Assembly (NCBI GenBank): GCA_003208875.1
Contig: QCUR01000005.1
Coordinates: 32,001 to 96,000, forward strand
Reading direction: 5' to 3'
Source of the DNA: Prochlorococcus sp. AG-679-M23
GTDB taxonomy: Bacteria > Cyanobacteriota > Cyanobacteriia > PCC-6307 > Cyanobiaceae
DNA length: 64,000 nt
Shown: positions 25,024 through 37,634 of the stretch, in pieces
Layout: every line of letters begins with the position of its first letter
How positions within the stretch are numbered: position 1 is the first letter of the stretch
Position numbers and translations under genes: made by a program
The notes under the pieces: generated by a model
The model's input: only the letters and a program-made list of their open reading frames with translations
The model's database searches: none
What the model was told of the DNA's origin: nothing

Positions 25024-28000
25024 TTAGGCACTAAAATATTTTGCTTTTGAATGAAGTGAAATTATAGCAGTAGTACTTTGTTCAGGATGTAATTGCTCTG
25101 ATTCATCCATTGTTAAATTAATCCTTTTTGTATCCAATAATGATAACTGTATATTTGAATCAGAAACTTTAGGACAAGCTGGATAACCAAATGAGTATCT
25201 AGCTCCTCTATATTTTTGAGCTAATATTTCACGGTTATTGTTTGGCTCATATGATTTAAATCCGCATTCAATTCTTACTATTGAATGAACATATTCTGCA
25301 AGAGCCTCTGCTAATTGAACGGTTAAACCATGAAATATTAAATAATCACTATATTTATCAGCTTTAAATAATTCTTGGGAATATTCGCTAGCTATTTCCC
25401 CCATTGTTACTGCTTGCATTGGAAATATATCTACTGGTTCATTATTTTTAAGATCACAGTAAAAATCAGCAATACAAAGATTATTTCCTGATTTTTGTCT
25501 AGGAAAATTAAATTCAGAAATTCTTTTATTTGATACATTATCAAAGAGATAAATACTATTATCATTCCTCCCGCAACGGAAGTAGCCATAGACTGCTTTT
25601 GGTGAAATTAGGCCTTTATCTAAAATAATATTGATCCATTTTTCAAGCAATGGATTTGCATATGAATCTAAATGATTATTGTATTCTTCTACTGATTGAC
25701 CTTTGTTTTTTTTAATTTGCCATTGACCACTAAATAATGCTTTTTTATCCAGATGAAAAATTAGTTTATCAAAGTCTATTTCAATATCTTGAAGAACTCT
25801 AGTTCCCAAAAATGGAGCCTTTATAGGTTCCTCTTCCTCTACAAAATTAGATCTATTAAAATTCTCAATTAATTGAATATTTTTGGTTTTTTCAAAATTA
25901 TTATTTAAATTTTTATCTTTAGCGGATGACCTTGGGGAAGCTAATTTAATTTGAATATCATCAGTATTAGTAAAACCATTTTCATTAGACCATTTACCCT
26001 TCTTTTTACTATCCATATATTCATTCATAAATTGTAAATCTGTAAAAGCATCTTTCCCATACAAAATTTTACCTTTATATATCTGACTACAATCTTCGTT
26101 CACAAATTTTGGAGTTAATGCTGCACCTCCAAGAATAACTGGAACATTAATTTCAGCATTGTTAAATGCTTCTAAATTATCCTTCATAAATGCTGTAGAT
26201 TTAACAAGTAAACCACTCATAGCAATACAGTCTGCTTTATGTTTTTTTTGTGCATCAATAATCGCTGAAACGTCTTGCTTAATTCCAAGGTTGATTACAT
26301 CAAAACCATTATTTGAGAGAATTATATCAACTAAATTTTTACCTATATCATGAACATCTCCTTTAACAGTTGCTATCAGTAATTTTCCGTTAGATATTTT
26401 TTCATCTACTGTTTCCATATGTGGTTCAAGCACTGAAACAGCAAATTTCATTGTTTCCGCTGATTGCAATACAAAAGGTAATTGCATTTGGCCGGATCCA
26501 AATAGTTCCCCAACTACTTTCATTCCATCTAATAAATAAGTATTAATTATTTCAAGTGGTTTATATTTTTTAAGCGCTTTATTTAATTGTTCTTCTAAAC
26601 CTATTTTTTCCCCATCTACAATATGGTTTTTAAGTTTTTCTTCTAAGGTGAGGTTTTTGTTTGAAGTAGATGCTTTTTTAAAGTCACTGATTGTTATATC
26701 TTGAAATGCTTTTGTTAGTTCAACTAATGGATCATATATACATATTTCATTTTCGAAATTCCTTCTGTCATAAATTAAATCTAAACATAATTTTTTTGTT
26801 TCCGCAGATATTTTTGAAAGAGGCAATATTTTATTTGGTGCAATAATCGCTGAATCTAATCCTGCCTTTATACATTCATCGAGAAATATTGAATTTAGAT
26901 TGATTCTTGATAATGGTGAAAGCCCGAAACTAATATTAGATATCCCTAAAATAATATGAATATCTGGAAAGCTTTTTCTTATTTTTGATATAGCTTCAAT
27001 AGTTGCTTTAGCATTTAATCTATCTTCTTCAATTCCAGTAGATATTGGCAATGCCAGAGGATCAAAAAATATCTCATAATCAGCGAGGTTACTTGATCTA
27101 GTTTTAATTAATGCTCTTTTTGCAATATCATATTTTTTCTGTGATGTTCTTGCCATTCCATCTTCATCAATAGTTCCAATTACTATTCCAGCACCATAAT
27201 CTAATGCAAGTTTTAAGACCTGATTAAATCTGTTATCTCCATCTTCGTAGTTGGTTGAATTTATAATGCATTTTCCTCCTACAGTCTTTAATCCACTTTC
27301 CATTTTATCTGCTTCTGTTGAATCTATCATTAATGGAAGGTTTATATTTGTAACTAATCTTGAGGTAATTTCTTTCATATCTTTAACTCCATCCCTGCCT
27401 ACATAATCAACATTGACATCTAGTATGTGAGCATTTTCTTTTTGCTGTTGCTTAGCAATTGATACCAAGCCGTCCCAATCATCTTCATTTAGTAATTCCC
27501 TTACTTTTTTTGATCCACTAGCATTTAAACGCTCTCCAACTATTAATATTGAGTTATCTTGTTTATATGGAACTGCGTTATATATAGAAGCTGCTGAAGG
27601 AACAAAATTTGTTTTTACAGTAGGAAGTTTTTTATTTATTTTTTTATCAACTATTTCCTCAATGATTGAGGATAAATGCTTGATATGTTCAGGAGTGGTA
27701 CCACAACATCCTCCAATAAGTTGTACGTTAAAATCATAAATAAAGTTCATTAACTGCATTTTCAACTCCAATGGAGTTAATTTATAGTGAGCAACACCTC
27801 CTATATTTTCAGGTAATCCTGCATTAGGTATACAACTAATTGCAAACGGTGAATTTTCAGCTAAATACTTAATATGTTCTTTCATTTGAACTGGGCCAGT
27901 TGCACAATTCAGTCCCAGAATATCAATATTGTATGGCTCTAATATTGTTAATGCAGAGGCTATATCTGACCCGACAAGCATCGTTCCTGTGGTTTCCATA

Positions 28001-28584
28001 GTTATGGATATCATTATTGGTAATTCAATATTCCTGTTTTTAATAACTTCTTGAGAAGCAGATAATGCTGATTTTATTTGTAAAACATCTTGGCATGTTT
28101 CAATCAATAGAAGGTCAATACCTCCGTCAATTAGACCATTTATTTGTTCTTCATATGAATCTTTAAGCTTATCAAAATCAATATGACCTAATGTTGGTAA
28201 TTTTGTAGTTGGCCCAATTGATCCAGCGACAAATCTAGGAATATTAATAGATGAAAATAAATTTGCACATTTTTTAGCTATCTGAGCTGCTTTTTTATTG
28301 ATTTCATAAGCTTTATTAGAAATGCTATATTCGTCTAAAACAATAGATGAAGCACCAAATGTATTGGTTTCAATTACATGACAACCTGCTTCAAGAAATG
28401 AATTATGTACTTGTTCAACAGTATTAGGAGAGGATAAGACTAAGTTTTCATTACAACCCTCTAATTCATCTCCACCAAAATCATGTGATGATAAATTTAA
28501 ATTTTGAAAAGAAGTACCTGTCCCACCATCGAAAATAATAATTGGTTTATCATCTCTATTTAAATAATTTCTAAATGAAACCAT
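25024..28584 (-). CDS. metH: Cobalamin-dependent methionine synthase
   Basis: [31 protein letters not shown]12 motif, [10 protein letters not shown]. Confidence 0.98.
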   Translation of the reverse strand: MVSFRNYLNRDDKPIIIFDGGTGTSFQNLNLSSHDFGGDELEGCNENLVLSSPNTVEQVHNSFLEAGCHVIETNTFGASSIVLDEYSISNKAYEINKKAAQIAKKCANLFSSINIPRFVAGSIGPTTKLPTLGHIDFDKLKDSYEEQINGLIDGGIDLLLIETCQDVLQIKSALSASQEVIKNRNIELPIMISITMETTGTMLVGSDIASALTILEPYNIDILGLNCATGPVQMKEHIKYLAENSPFAISCIPNAGLPENIGGVAHYKLTPLELKMQLMNFIYDFNVQLIGGCCGTTPEHIKHLSSIIEEIVDKKINKKLPTVKTNFVPSAASIYNAVPYKQDNSILIVGERLNASGSKKVRELLNEDDWDGLVSIAKQQQKENAHILDVNVDYVGRDGVKDMKEITSRLVTNINLPLMIDSTEADKMESGLKTVGGKCIINSTNYEDGDNRFNQVLKLALDYGAGIVIGTIDEDGMARTSQKKYDIAKRALIKTRSSNLADYEIFFDPLALPISTGIEEDRLNAKATIEAISKIRKSFPDIHIILGISNISFGLSPLSRINLNSIFLDECIKAGLDSAIIAPNKILPLSKISAETKKLCLDLIYDRRNFENEICIYDPLVELTKAFQDITISDFKKASTSNKNLTLEEKLKNHIVDGEKIGLEEQLNKALKKYKPLEIINTYLLDGMKVVGELFGSGQMQLPFVLQSAETMKFAVSVLEPHMETVDEKISNGKLLIATVKGDVHDIGKNLVDIILSNNGFDVINLGIKQDVSAIIDAQKKHKADCIAMSGLLVKSTAFMKDNLEAFNNAEINVPVILGGAALTPKFVNEDCSQIYKGKILYGKDAFTDLQFMNEYMDSKKKGKWSNENGFTNTDDIQIKLASPRSSAKDKNLNNNFEKTKNIQLIENFNRSNFVEEEEPIKAPFLGTRVLQDIEIDFDKLIFHLDKKALFSGQWQIKKNKGQSVEEYNNHLDSYANPLLEKWINIILDKGLISPKAVYGYFRCGRNDNSIYLFDNVSNKRISEFNFPRQKSGNNLCIADFYCDLKNNEPVDIFPMQAVTMGEIASEYSQELFKADKYSDYLIFHGLTVQLAEALAEYVHSIVRIECGFKSYEPNNNREILAQKYRGARYSFGYPACPKVSDSNIQLSLLDTKRINLTMDESEQLHPEQSTTAIISLHSKAKYFSA

Positions 28585-28606
28585 AATTTAAAAGGAAAAA
28601 TTAAAA

Positions 28607-29521
28607 TTAACTAATATTGATGCGGGTTATCCAATCATCATAGTCTTGTGAACGGCCTTCCGTTATTTCGATAAGCTTATTTTTCAATTTATTCATTATG
28701 GGACGATCATTATTAATATTTGTTGATTCGATTTGCTTTACAGGTGTAATTTTAGCTGCTGTACCAGTTAGAAATACTTCATCAGCAATAAGTAATTCAG
28801 TTTTATCAACAGGTCTCTCAATAACATTTATACCAAACGATTTCGCTAATTCAATAACACTAGCTCTAGTAATTCCTTCTAGGATGTCTTGATCAACTCC
28901 TGGGGTAATCAGTTCACCATTTCTTACTATAAATAAGTTCATTCCACTAGCTTCACTTACCTTACCACTAGAATTTAACAGTAATGCTTCGTCAAATCCT
29001 GATAAACTAGCCTCTGTTTTGGCTAAAGAACTTGTAATGTAAGCCCCGCTTACCTTACCTCTTAAAGGTAGAGATCTATCCTCTTGTCTTGTCCAACTAC
29101 TCATCCTACAAGACACACCATCGGGAGATAAATAGTCTCCAAGTTCAATACAATAAATGAAGAAATCAGTTTCTATATTATGTAATCTTGGAGCAATCCC
29201 TAAATCACTTGTATAAACAAAAGGCCTTATATAGATCGGTTTTGTAGGTTTATTTTTTTTTAATATTGTTTTTAGTGCATTAAATATATAATCTTCAGAT
29301 ATTTCTGTTAAAAGCAACCTTGCACTTTGAGATAACCTTTTTATGTGTTTGTCTGTTCTAAATAACAGAAATTCATCCTTATTAGATGGATTTGGAATAG
29401 CTCTCATTCCTCCAAAGGCTGCTGTTCCATAATGAAGTGCATGAGTTGCTATTGACACTTTTGCATCTTTAAAGGGTATACACTTACCTTCAAACCAGGC
29501 ATATGGAAGAAATTCTTGCAT
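28607..29521 (-). CDS. ilvE: Branched-chain amino acid aminotransferase
   Basis: HALHYG, K.SGAY, SEASGMNLF, ILEGITR, EVFLTGTAA. Confidence 0.95.
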   Translation of the reverse strand: MQEFLPYAWFEGKCIPFKDAKVSIATHALHYGTAAFGGMRAIPNPSNKDEFLLFRTDKHIKRLSQSARLLLTEISEDYIFNALKTILKKNKPTKPIYIRPFVYTSDLGIAPRLHNIETDFFIYCIELGDYLSPDGVSCRMSSWTRQEDRSLPLRGKVSGAYITSSLAKTEASLSGFDEALLLNSSGKVSEASGMNLFIVRNGELITPGVDQDILEGITRASVIELAKSFGINVIERPVDKTELLIADEVFLTGTAAKITPVKQIESTNINNDRPIMNKLKNKLIEITEGRSQDYDDWITRINIS

Positions 29522-29592
29522 ATTTTATTTAAGAAATGAGTTAAAATTGTTCTAACTTACTTAAGTATTCTAAACCTAATTGTTATATTTAA

Positions 29593-32500
29593 ATGCATAG
29601 GATATTAAATATTGCTGGAAATGAAAATAATAACGTTGATTTAATAGAACATCCTAAAGCTGATTTTATATTTATCACAAGTGTAAAATCTGATATTAAT
29701 ATAATTTCTGATTTAATTGAAGATAAAGAATTTCTTTTATTACAAGATAATTTTAGAGCATTAGAAATTTCAAACCTAAATACATTTGCACAAATAGATA
29801 ATTATTTTTTAAAAACAATAAATTATGCCAAAATAGTTGTTTTAAGATTGTTTGGAGATAAAGGAACATGGAGTTATGGGCTTGAACAATTAATAAAATG
29901 GCAAGAAGCAAATATTAATAAAACTCTTTTAATTCTCTCTGGTACGGATGAAGAAGATTTATCACTAAATGAATTAAGTAGTGTTGATTTAGATACTTCA
30001 TTAAAAATTAGTAAACTTCTTAAATCAGGTGGTAAGGAAAATTATCGGAGATTTCTTCATTGTTTAACTTATCTATCATCTAATGAAACTAATATTCCAC
30101 AAAAGTATATCTCTAACGTCAGCTATCCAGATCCTTATCAATATGATTGGAAAAATGAAAAAGGATTAAAGGTTGGAATAATTTCTTATAAATCATTGTT
30201 TTTAGCAAACGAAATTGAATTATCAAATGAATTAATATCTCAATTAAGGTGTAATGGTTTGTCACCTAAAACAGTATTTATTTCAACTTTAAAAAATTAC
30301 GATGTTCAGAGGGAATTGATTAATCTTTTTAAAAAAGAAGATATAAAATTAATAATCACCACTACCTCTTTTTCTTCCTCAATTAATAGTTGTAATGAAA
30401 ATATAGATAATAATTTAAATATCTTTAAGTCTTTAAATCTTCCAATTCTTCAAATACTCTCTTCTAATAAATCCAGAAAGAATTGGTTGCTGTCATCAAC
30501 TGGAATGAATTCAACAGATTTATTAATGCAAATAATTATTCCAGAATTTGATGGTCGAATTACAACAAAACCTTGTGCTTTTAAAGAGGTTATTTCTGAA
30601 AATAAAACCTTAGGTAGCAAAATTACAAGTTACAAAGTTGATTTTGGAAATATTAAATGGATAACAAAACTTATAAGTAATTATGTAAGACTAAATAATT
30701 TAAATAATTTTGATAAAAAGATATCATTAGTAATTGCAAATTATCCTGTAAAAAATGGAAGAATTGGAAATGGAGTCGGTTTAAATACTCCGCAGTCTGT
30801 CCTTAATATTCTTTATTGGTTAAAAGATGAAGGTTATGATCTTGGTTCTGGAGAATTACCTAAAAATTCATCAGAACTAATTTCGTTACTTATAAAAACT
30901 AGAACAAATGATATTGAATCTCAAAATAATAAACCTCTTGATTTTTTATCATTAAATGAATACTTAGAATTTTGGAACCAACTATCCCTTAAACCTAAAA
31001 ATCTTATCGTTGATAGATGGGGTATTCCATCTAAGTCTCAAGATTTAGAAAACCAAGGTTTTTCGATTAATGGACTTTTATTTGGAAAAATATGTTTACT
31101 AATTCAACCTCAAAGAGGCTACGACATTGAATCTAATAAAGATATACATTCTCCAGATCTACCACCACCCCATAGATATCTAGCCCAATATTATTGGATT
31201 GAAAGTAAATTTGATTCGAATGCTATTTGTCATATAGGAAAACATGGCACTATTGAATGGTTACCAGGAAAATCTATAGGACTTAGTGATGAATGTTTCC
31301 CGAGTATTATTTGTCCAGCAATTCCAAATATATATCCATTTATTGTTAATGACCCAGGAGAAGGATCTCAAGCAAAAAGGCGAACTCATGCAACAATAAT
31401 TGATCATTTAACACCTCCTTTAGATAGATCTGATTTGTATGGAAAACTCTCGATTTTAGAACAATGTTTAGACGAATACTATGAGGCTAAGTTATTAAAT
31501 TCTAAGCGAATAAACATTATTGAAAAATCTATATTAGAAATTATTAAAAACGATTTTAAAGACATTATATTATTTGACGAATCAAAAAAAATTGAAAAAA
31601 TTGACTCATATCTTTGTGAACTAAAAGAATCACAAATAAGAACTGGTCTTCACATTTTTGGAAGTAGACAAAAATTTATAAATGAAATTAATTTAATCAT
31701 AAGTATTGCAAGAGTTCCAACATCAAAACGTAGTGGGATAATCCAATACATTGCTTCAAATCTTAATCTAGATTTAGATCCATGGACTAATAACTATGAT
31801 CAAGTTCTTAGTGATAACGATAAAGAAATTATTAGTAATTATTCAACAGATAATATCAATAACTTTAGAAGAGCATTAGAATTTATAGAAAATCAAGCAA
31901 AATATTTAATTTATCATTATTTTTACAAAGACCAAATAACTCTAAATGAATTAAAAATATTAGAAAATAAAAATATATTATCATTATTTAATGTAGATAA
32001 AAAACATAAAGATTATTTTAATCTAATTCATAAAGAAATATTAGAACCTATAATTAAATCGACCATAAATGAAAAGGCCTCATTTATAAATGCCTTAAAT
32101 GGAATATATGTAAGTAGCGGACCATCAGGAGCTCCAACACGAGGCAAAACTGAAGTCCTTCCTACAGGTAAAAATTTTTTTTCGGTAGACTCCAGAGGCT
32201 TACCAACAGAATCTGCATGGATTGTTGGATGTGAATCAGCTTCTCAAATAATTGATTTATATAAACAGGATCATGGACAAGACCTTAAAAAATTAGCAAT
32301 TTCAGTATGGGCGACATCTACTATGAGAAACGGAGGGGAAGATGTTTGTCAAATATTGTATTTACTAGGCGTTAAACCAATTTGGGATGGTCCTTCTAGA
32401 AGAGTCATTGATATAGAGATAATTCCTTTAAGTATTCTTAATAGACCAAGAGTTGATGTTACTTTAAGAATTTCTGGTTTGTTTAGGGATGCATTTCCAC

Positions 32501-33330
32501 AATTAATATCATTAGTTTACAAAGCTATAAATTTAGTTTCTCAACTTGATGAAGATAAAAAATTAAATCCAATTTCAGCATCTTATAAGGACGGAGATTC
32601 TTTAAATCGAATTTTTGGTTCTGCACCTGGATCATACGGAGCTGGATTACAAGAACTTATATCTAATTCTAGTTGGGAAAATATAAATGATTTTGCTGAT
32701 TCTTATTTAAACTGGAGTAAGTGGATATATTCTGATGGAAATGAACCTATCGAAAATAAAAAAGAATTAGAAAATGCGCTTAAAAATATTCAAGTAGTTA
32801 TTCATAATCAAGATAACAGAGAACATGATATTTTAGATTCTGATGATTATTATCAATTTCAAGGAGGAATATCATCAGCAATAAATAAACTAAAAGGCAA
32901 ATTCCCCGAAATATATCATGGTGATTTATCAAAATATCGTTTATCTAAAATAAATAAATTAAGCTATGAAATAAATAAGGTTGTTAGGACAAGAGTTCTT
33001 AATCCAAAATGGATTGATGGAATGAAGGAAAACGGATATAAAGGTGCCTTTGAGTTTTCTGCAACGCTCGATTATTTATATGCTTATGATGCTACAACGG
33101 AAATCGTATCTGATTGGTGTTATACCCAAATATATAATTCTTGGATATGTGATGAGAACCTTAAAAAGTTTTTTATCGAGAATAATCCATGGGCCTTACG
33201 AGATTTATCCCAAAGATTTCTTGAGATTATTAATAGAAAAATGTGGAATGACCATACTCCAGAAATATTAGAAAATTTAAAAAAGATTGTTAATATGGCT
33301 GATGCCAAAATTGAGAAAAACGAATACTAG
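29593..33330 (+). CDS. cobN: Cobaltochelatase CobN
   Basis: PEFDGRI, H.GKHG..EWLPGK, VNDPGEG.QAKRR, LPTGKNF, RPRVDVTLRISGLFRDAF, GYKGAFE. Confidence 0.96.
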   Translation: MHRILNIAGNENNNVDLIEHPKADFIFITSVKSDINIISDLIEDKEFLLLQDNFRALEISNLNTFAQIDNYFLKTINYAKIVVLRLFGDKGTWSYGLEQLIKWQEANINKTLLILSGTDEEDLSLNELSSVDLDTSLKISKLLKSGGKENYRRFLHCLTYLSSNETNIPQKYISNVSYPDPYQYDWKNEKGLKVGIISYKSLFLANEIELSNELISQLRCNGLSPKTVFISTLKNYDVQRELINLFKKEDIKLIITTTSFSSSINSCNENIDNNLNIFKSLNLPILQILSSNKSRKNWLLSSTGMNSTDLLMQIIIPEFDGRITTKPCAFKEVISENKTLGSKITSYKVDFGNIKWITKLISNYVRLNNLNNFDKKISLVIANYPVKNGRIGNGVGLNTPQSVLNILYWLKDEGYDLGSGELPKNSSELISLLIKTRTNDIESQNNKPLDFLSLNEYLEFWNQLSLKPKNLIVDRWGIPSKSQDLENQGFSINGLLFGKICLLIQPQRGYDIESNKDIHSPDLPPPHRYLAQYYWIESKFDSNAICHIGKHGTIEWLPGKSIGLSDECFPSIICPAIPNIYPFIVNDPGEGSQAKRRTHATIIDHLTPPLDRSDLYGKLSILEQCLDEYYEAKLLNSKRINIIEKSILEIIKNDFKDIILFDESKKIEKIDSYLCELKESQIRTGLHIFGSRQKFINEINLIISIARVPTSKRSGIIQYIASNLNLDLDPWTNNYDQVLSDNDKEIISNYSTDNINNFRRALEFIENQAKYLIYHYFYKDQITLNELKILENKNILSLFNVDKKHKDYFNLIHKEILEPIIKSTINEKASFINALNGIYVSSGPSGAPTRGKTEVLPTGKNFFSVDSRGLPTESAWIVGCESASQIIDLYKQDHGQDLKKLAISVWATSTMRNGGEDVCQILYLLGVKPIWDGPSRRVIDIEIIPLSILNRPRVDVTLRISGLFRDAFPQLISLVYKAINLVSQLDEDKKLNPISASYKDGDSLNRIFGSAPGSYGAGLQELISNSSWENINDFADSYLNWSKWIYSDGNEPIENKKELENALKNIQVVIHNQDNREHDILDSDDYYQFQGGISSAINKLKGKFPEIYHGDLSKYRLSKINKLSYEINKVVRTRVLNPKWIDGMKENGYKGAFEFSATLDYLYAYDATTEIVSDWCYTQIYNSWICDENLKKFFIENNPWALRDLSQRFLEIINRKMWNDHTPEILENLKKIVNMADAKIEKNEY

Positions 33331-33331
33331 T

Positions 33332-33979
33332 TTATCTGCCCAATAATGAATATCCATGACTATCTGTTCCGCAGGTTTTAAGCATATTAAGGCTTTCGGT
33401 TATTTTATTTATCTCTGAACATACAAAATTACTTGCTTGCCATCTTTCTTTTAAATCATAATCGTACCAAACTTCAATCCCATCAACTCCTTGCTTATTA
33501 GCCTCAGGGATAAGTTTATAAAAGGGAATTCTGTACCTCGCAGGATGTGCAAGAAAAGATAAACCTCCAGCTAATCTGATTGCCTTGGTTACTGATTTGA
33601 TGTGTAAATCATTACCAATTGGTGACTCGCCTTGAACATAAGGTGTTAGATGAGTACTTTTTATATTAATTCCTAATCCAATAACATGAACTAAGCATCC
33701 TAGAAGTAAACAATTTATTTCAATTCCAGAAATTAGTTTAAAAGAATCAGTTGGATATTTTTCGAGTATATTATTGCGTTCAATGAAATCATGTGCTTTA
33801 ACAGTGTGATGATCTGTTATAGATATAAATTTTATTTTATTTATAAAAGCTTGATCTAATAATTGTTCTGGATCAAAGCTCCCATCGCTAAATTTCGTAT
33901 GACAATGAAAATTTACAAAGCCTGGACAGCTATCCTCATTTATATTTGTTGTTATTTTTATTAAATCTTGCCTATCCAT
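33332..33979 (-). CDS. PHP-domain metal-dependent phosphoesterase
   Basis: HCHT..SDG, TDHH, GIE, AHP.RY, GTDSHG. Confidence 0.9.
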   Translation of the reverse strand: MDRQDLIKITTNINEDSCPGFVNFHCHTKFSDGSFDPEQLLDQAFINKIKFISITDHHTVKAHDFIERNNILEKYPTDSFKLISGIEINCLLLGCLVHVIGLGINIKSTHLTPYVQGESPIGNDLHIKSVTKAIRLAGGLSFLAHPARYRIPFYKLIPEANKQGVDGIEVWYDYDLKERWQASNFVCSEINKITESLNMLKTCGTDSHGYSLLGR

Positions 33980-34571
33980 TCTTTAGTGATTCTTCATTTT
34001 TTCTCCTGATTTTTGCATATAACTGAATAGATACAAGCATAAATATTATTAGCCCAAATACACTCCATGTCGCAATACTTGTAGGAAAATTATTTTTAAA
34101 AATAACTAATAGTACAATAATAAATAATAATAACGTAGGAAGTTCATTTAATAATCTAAGGTTTTTTGCTGATATTTTTGAAGTACCATTCTGTAAAGAG
34201 TTCATTATTTTATAACAATAAAAATGATATATGACTAAGCCCAAAACAAAAGAAATTTTTACCTGAAGCCATTTTTCACTTAGCCATCCAGGTTGCATAA
34301 TTACTAAACAGATAGCCATACTTAAAGCCAGTATCATTCCTGGAGTAGTAATAATATTGGCAAGCCTTTTTTCCATTAAGGAATATTGATCATTAAACGC
34401 AATCTTCAAATCATCTTGCATGGTTCTTGACTCTTCATGATATATAAAAAGCCTAACTAAATAAAAAAGGCCAGAAAACCATACAATTACACCAATGATG
34501 TGAAGAGACTTAAACCATAAATATGCTTCTGATGACAAATTAATAAAATATAATTTATAAACTATTACCAA
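33972..34571 (-). CDS. hemJ: Protoporphyrinogen oxidase HemJ
   Basis: KSLHII..VWFSGLFYL.RLFIYH, MEKRL..I.TP, RLLNELPT. Confidence 0.93.
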   Translation of the reverse strand: MVIVYKLYFINLSSEAYLWFKSLHIIGVIVWFSGLFYLVRLFIYHEESRTMQDDLKIAFNDQYSLMEKRLANIITTPGMILALSMAICLVIMQPGWLSEKWLQVKISFVLGLVIYHFYCYKIMNSLQNGTSKISAKNLRLLNELPTLLLFIIVLLVIFKNNFPTSIATWSVFGLIIFMLVSIQLYAKIRRKNEESLKNG

Positions 34572-34626
34572 TATAAATACTTATTTAATAGTGAATAATT
34601 TTAAATTTATAAAAATTAATCAATAT

Positions 34627-36597
34627 TTATAACTCATTAAAGTAATTATAAATATCATTTGCTGAATGTATACCCAGACCTTTAACTTTTGAAAGTTCCT
34701 CTCTGCTTGCAATTCTAATTGCATCAATTGAATTAAAATGCTCAAGTAAATCTTTAATACGTGAAGGTCCTAAACCTGGTATTTGGGATAATTGAGATCT
34801 ATTCATTCGAGTAGATCTTTTATTTCTATGAAATGACAATGCAAATCTATGTGCTTCATCTCTTACTCTTCGAAGTAATAGAAGTCCTTTTTGATTTTGA
34901 TCAGTATCAAGAGATTTTGAGAACCCTGGTATGAATATCTCTTCATTTTTTTTTGCTAAAGAACATATACTAACTTCTTCATGTAGATCTAATTGTGTTA
35001 AGGCCTTCAATGCTGCATTTAATTGTCCTTTCCCTCCATCAATCATAATCAAATCTGGCCAATCTGTTAGAAGATCATTTTCTAATGTACTTTTTTTCTT
35101 AACTTGTAACGAACTAATGTCTCCGCCATCAATTTTAAATTTTGACCATTTTTTAAATCTTCTGTATATAACCTCATAAATTGAGGCAAAATCATCGCTA
35201 TGACCAATAAATATATTGGGATCTTTAATCTTATATTTTCTATAATTTTGTTTGGATGGAATACCATCTATAAAGACTACTTGTGAAGCTACAGGATCTG
35301 TTCCTTGTATATGACTTATATCATATCCTTCAATTCTTCTCGGCTGTTTAGTTAATTCAAGTATTTGAGTCAAGTCTTCTATTGCAGATTCATTATCTTG
35401 AATTCCATTTAATATCCTCTCTAATTCTAATTTTGCATTTTTTAAAACCATTTCAACGGTTTCAAACTTTTTATTTCTTTTTGGGATTATTAACTTAACC
35501 TTTTTCTGTCTTAATTCACTTAACCATTCTTCAATTGTTTTATGTTTTGGAAGATTATATTGCAATAAAATTTCTGATGGTATTTCAACTCCTTCAACAT
35601 TAATGTAGTGCTCTTCTAATACTCTTTGTAGTATCTCTTTCTCCTCTCTATTATCAATTTTTTGTGTATATCCAATCCTTCCTATTAATTTACCAGACCT
35701 CATTTGAAAAATTTGAATACTAGAGATGTTATTTTCAGAAACAATGCCAAAAATATCTCTATTAATTGATGAATCTGGTATCGAAATTTTTTGAGATTCG
35801 GTTAATAATTTTAAACCTGAAATTTGATCTCTTATTTTAGCAGCATTTTCAAATTCTAAATCTTTGGAATATTGATTCATTTTTCGTTCTAGAAAAACCT
35901 CTAAATCATCATTCCTTCCTTGAAAAATCATAGATACTTGCTTCATAGTTTTTTTATAATCTTCTGAGGATATTATTTCTTGACAAACACCTGGACATCT
36001 TCCAATTGAATAATTTAAGCAAGTTCTATCTTTATAAACTGGACGAGGTCTTTGTCTTAACGGAAATATTTTTTTTATGATAAATAGTGTTTTTCTTAAT
36101 AATCCAACATCAACATAAGGTCCATAATATCTATCAAAATTATTTCTATTTCTCCTTTTTCTTGTTATAAAAATTCTTGGATATTGTTCGCTCCATGTAA
36201 TACAAAGATATGGATATTTTTTATCATCTTTTAATAAAATATTAAAATAAGGTTTATTAGTTTTAATTAAATTTGATTCTAAATTTAATGCTTCATACTC
36301 ACTATCTGTAACTATAATTTCAATTTCAGTTATTTGTCTAACCATTAGACTTAATCTGGGTGAAAGTTCAGCAAAATTATTAAAGTAACTACTGACCCTA
36401 TTTCTAAGTTTTTTAGATTTACCTATATAAAGTAAGTTATTATCAATATCCTTAAAAAGATAACAACCAGAAGATTTTGGTATTTCAGATAGCCTTGATT
36501 TTAATAACTCCTTATTTTTAATAAGTTTATATTCAATTTTAAGATTATATTTTTTATCTAATACTTTAGTAGAAACATTTGTTGATGGATTAATCAT
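34627..36597 (-). CDS. uvrC: Excinuclease ABC subunit C
   Basis: GIY-YIG (GCY..YIGKSK.LR.RV.SY), EGYDISH, IDGGKGQ, RDEAHRFA, HhH. Confidence 0.98.
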   Translation of the reverse strand: MINPSTNVSTKVLDKKYNLKIEYKLIKNKELLKSRLSEIPKSSGCYLFKDIDNNLLYIGKSKKLRNRVSSYFNNFAELSPRLSLMVRQITEIEIIVTDSEYEALNLESNLIKTNKPYFNILLKDDKKYPYLCITWSEQYPRIFITRKRRNRNNFDRYYGPYVDVGLLRKTLFIIKKIFPLRQRPRPVYKDRTCLNYSIGRCPGVCQEIISSEDYKKTMKQVSMIFQGRNDDLEVFLERKMNQYSKDLEFENAAKIRDQISGLKLLTESQKISIPDSSINRDIFGIVSENNISSIQIFQMRSGKLIGRIGYTQKIDNREEKEILQRVLEEHYINVEGVEIPSEILLQYNLPKHKTIEEWLSELRQKKVKLIIPKRNKKFETVEMVLKNAKLELERILNGIQDNESAIEDLTQILELTKQPRRIEGYDISHIQGTDPVASQVVFIDGIPSKQNYRKYKIKDPNIFIGHSDDFASIYEVIYRRFKKWSKFKIDGGDISSLQVKKKSTLENDLLTDWPDLIMIDGGKGQLNAALKALTQLDLHEEVSICSLAKKNEEIFIPGFSKSLDTDQNQKGLLLLRRVRDEAHRFALSFHRNKRSTRMNRSQLSQIPGLGPSRIKDLLEHFNSIDAIRIASREELSKVKGLGIHSANDIYNYFNEL

Positions 36598-36606
36598 CTA
36601 TTATTT

Positions 36607-37095
36607 CTAACCTCCGTAGTTCCATCCCGTAGTATTTAAATTTAACGAATCAACATCATTATTTAAATAAGCAGATAAAACCTCACCAACAAAAACTGTA
36701 TGATCACCATACATAACATTTCCTACAACCTTACATTCGACACCACCAACACTATCAACTAATATTGGTAAACCAAATTCTCCCAAATTAAATTCTACAG
36801 ACTCAAATCTTCCTCCAAGTGCTTTTTGTGGTTTAAAAAAGACTGCAGCTAAATCCTTTTGATCACTTTTCAGGATATTTAAAGAAAACTTTCCAGAACT
36901 TTTTATTATTTCATGACTGGATCCTTCAGCTCTTACAGCCATAACAACAAGGGGAGGGTTAAAGGAACCTTGTGTAACCCAACTAGCAGTAAAGCCATTT
37001 ACTTCATTTGACTCATCATCTTTCACTCCGCAAATAAACAATCCATGTGGAATTTTTCTTAATAAGATTTTTTTTGCTTCAAGATTTAATGTCAT
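36607..37095 (-). CDS. Flavin reductase family protein
   Basis: TASWVTQ.SF.PPL, GDH.VFVGEV; ATG 37095 preferred. Confidence 0.9.
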   Translation of the reverse strand: MTLNLEAKKILLRKIPHGLFICGVKDDESNEVNGFTASWVTQGSFNPPLVVMAVRAEGSSHEIIKSSGKFSLNILKSDQKDLAAVFFKPQKALGGRFESVEFNLGEFGLPILVDSVGGVECKVVGNVMYGDHTVFVGEVLSAYLNNDVDSLNLNTTGWNYGG

Positions 37096-37154
37096 AATTG
37101 ATTTAACTAATAATCGTATTTTAACCAAATATACTTTCTAATCATAATTAAATT

Positions 37155-37634
37155 ATGAAAATACTTTACCCTGGTACATTTGATCCTTTAACAAATGGAC
37201 ATCTAGATTTAATCCAAAGAGCTGAAAAATTATTTGGAAATGTAGTTGTTGCTATTTTGGAAAATACTAGTAAAAAGCCAACCTTTGATATTAGTAAACG
37301 AATAATACAAATAAACAATGCTGTATCTCATCTACCAAATATTAGTGTTATTTCCTACGAGGGTCTCACGGTAGATTGTGCAAAAGACGTTAAAGCGAAT
37401 CTAATATTAAGAGGATTAAGAGCTATGAGTGATTTTGAATATGAACTTCAAATCGCACATACAAATAAATCTCTTAATACTGAAATAGAAACAATTTTTC
37501 TTTCTACTAATACAAACTTTAGTTTTTTAAGTAGTTCCTTGGTTAAAGAGGTTGCTAAATTTGGAGGTGAAATAAACCATATGGTACCTGATTACGTTGA
37601 AAGAGATCTAAAGAAATATTATAAAAAGGATTAA
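37155..37634 (+). CDS. coaD: Phosphopantetheine adenylyltransferase
   Basis: [30 protein letters not shown]. Confidence 0.97.
   Translation: MKILYPGTFDPLTNGHLDLIQRAEKLFGNVVVAILENTSKKPTFDISKRIIQINNAVSHLPNISVISYEGLTVDCAKDVKANLILRGLRAMSDFEYELQIAHTNKSLNTEIETIFLSTNTNFSFLSSSLVKEVAKFGGEINHMVPDYVERDLKKYYKKD

Noticed and set aside
28584..29593. Cobalamin riboswitch near metH/cobN
   Set aside because: Intergenic gaps are only 22 and 71 bp and AT-rich, with no B12-box.
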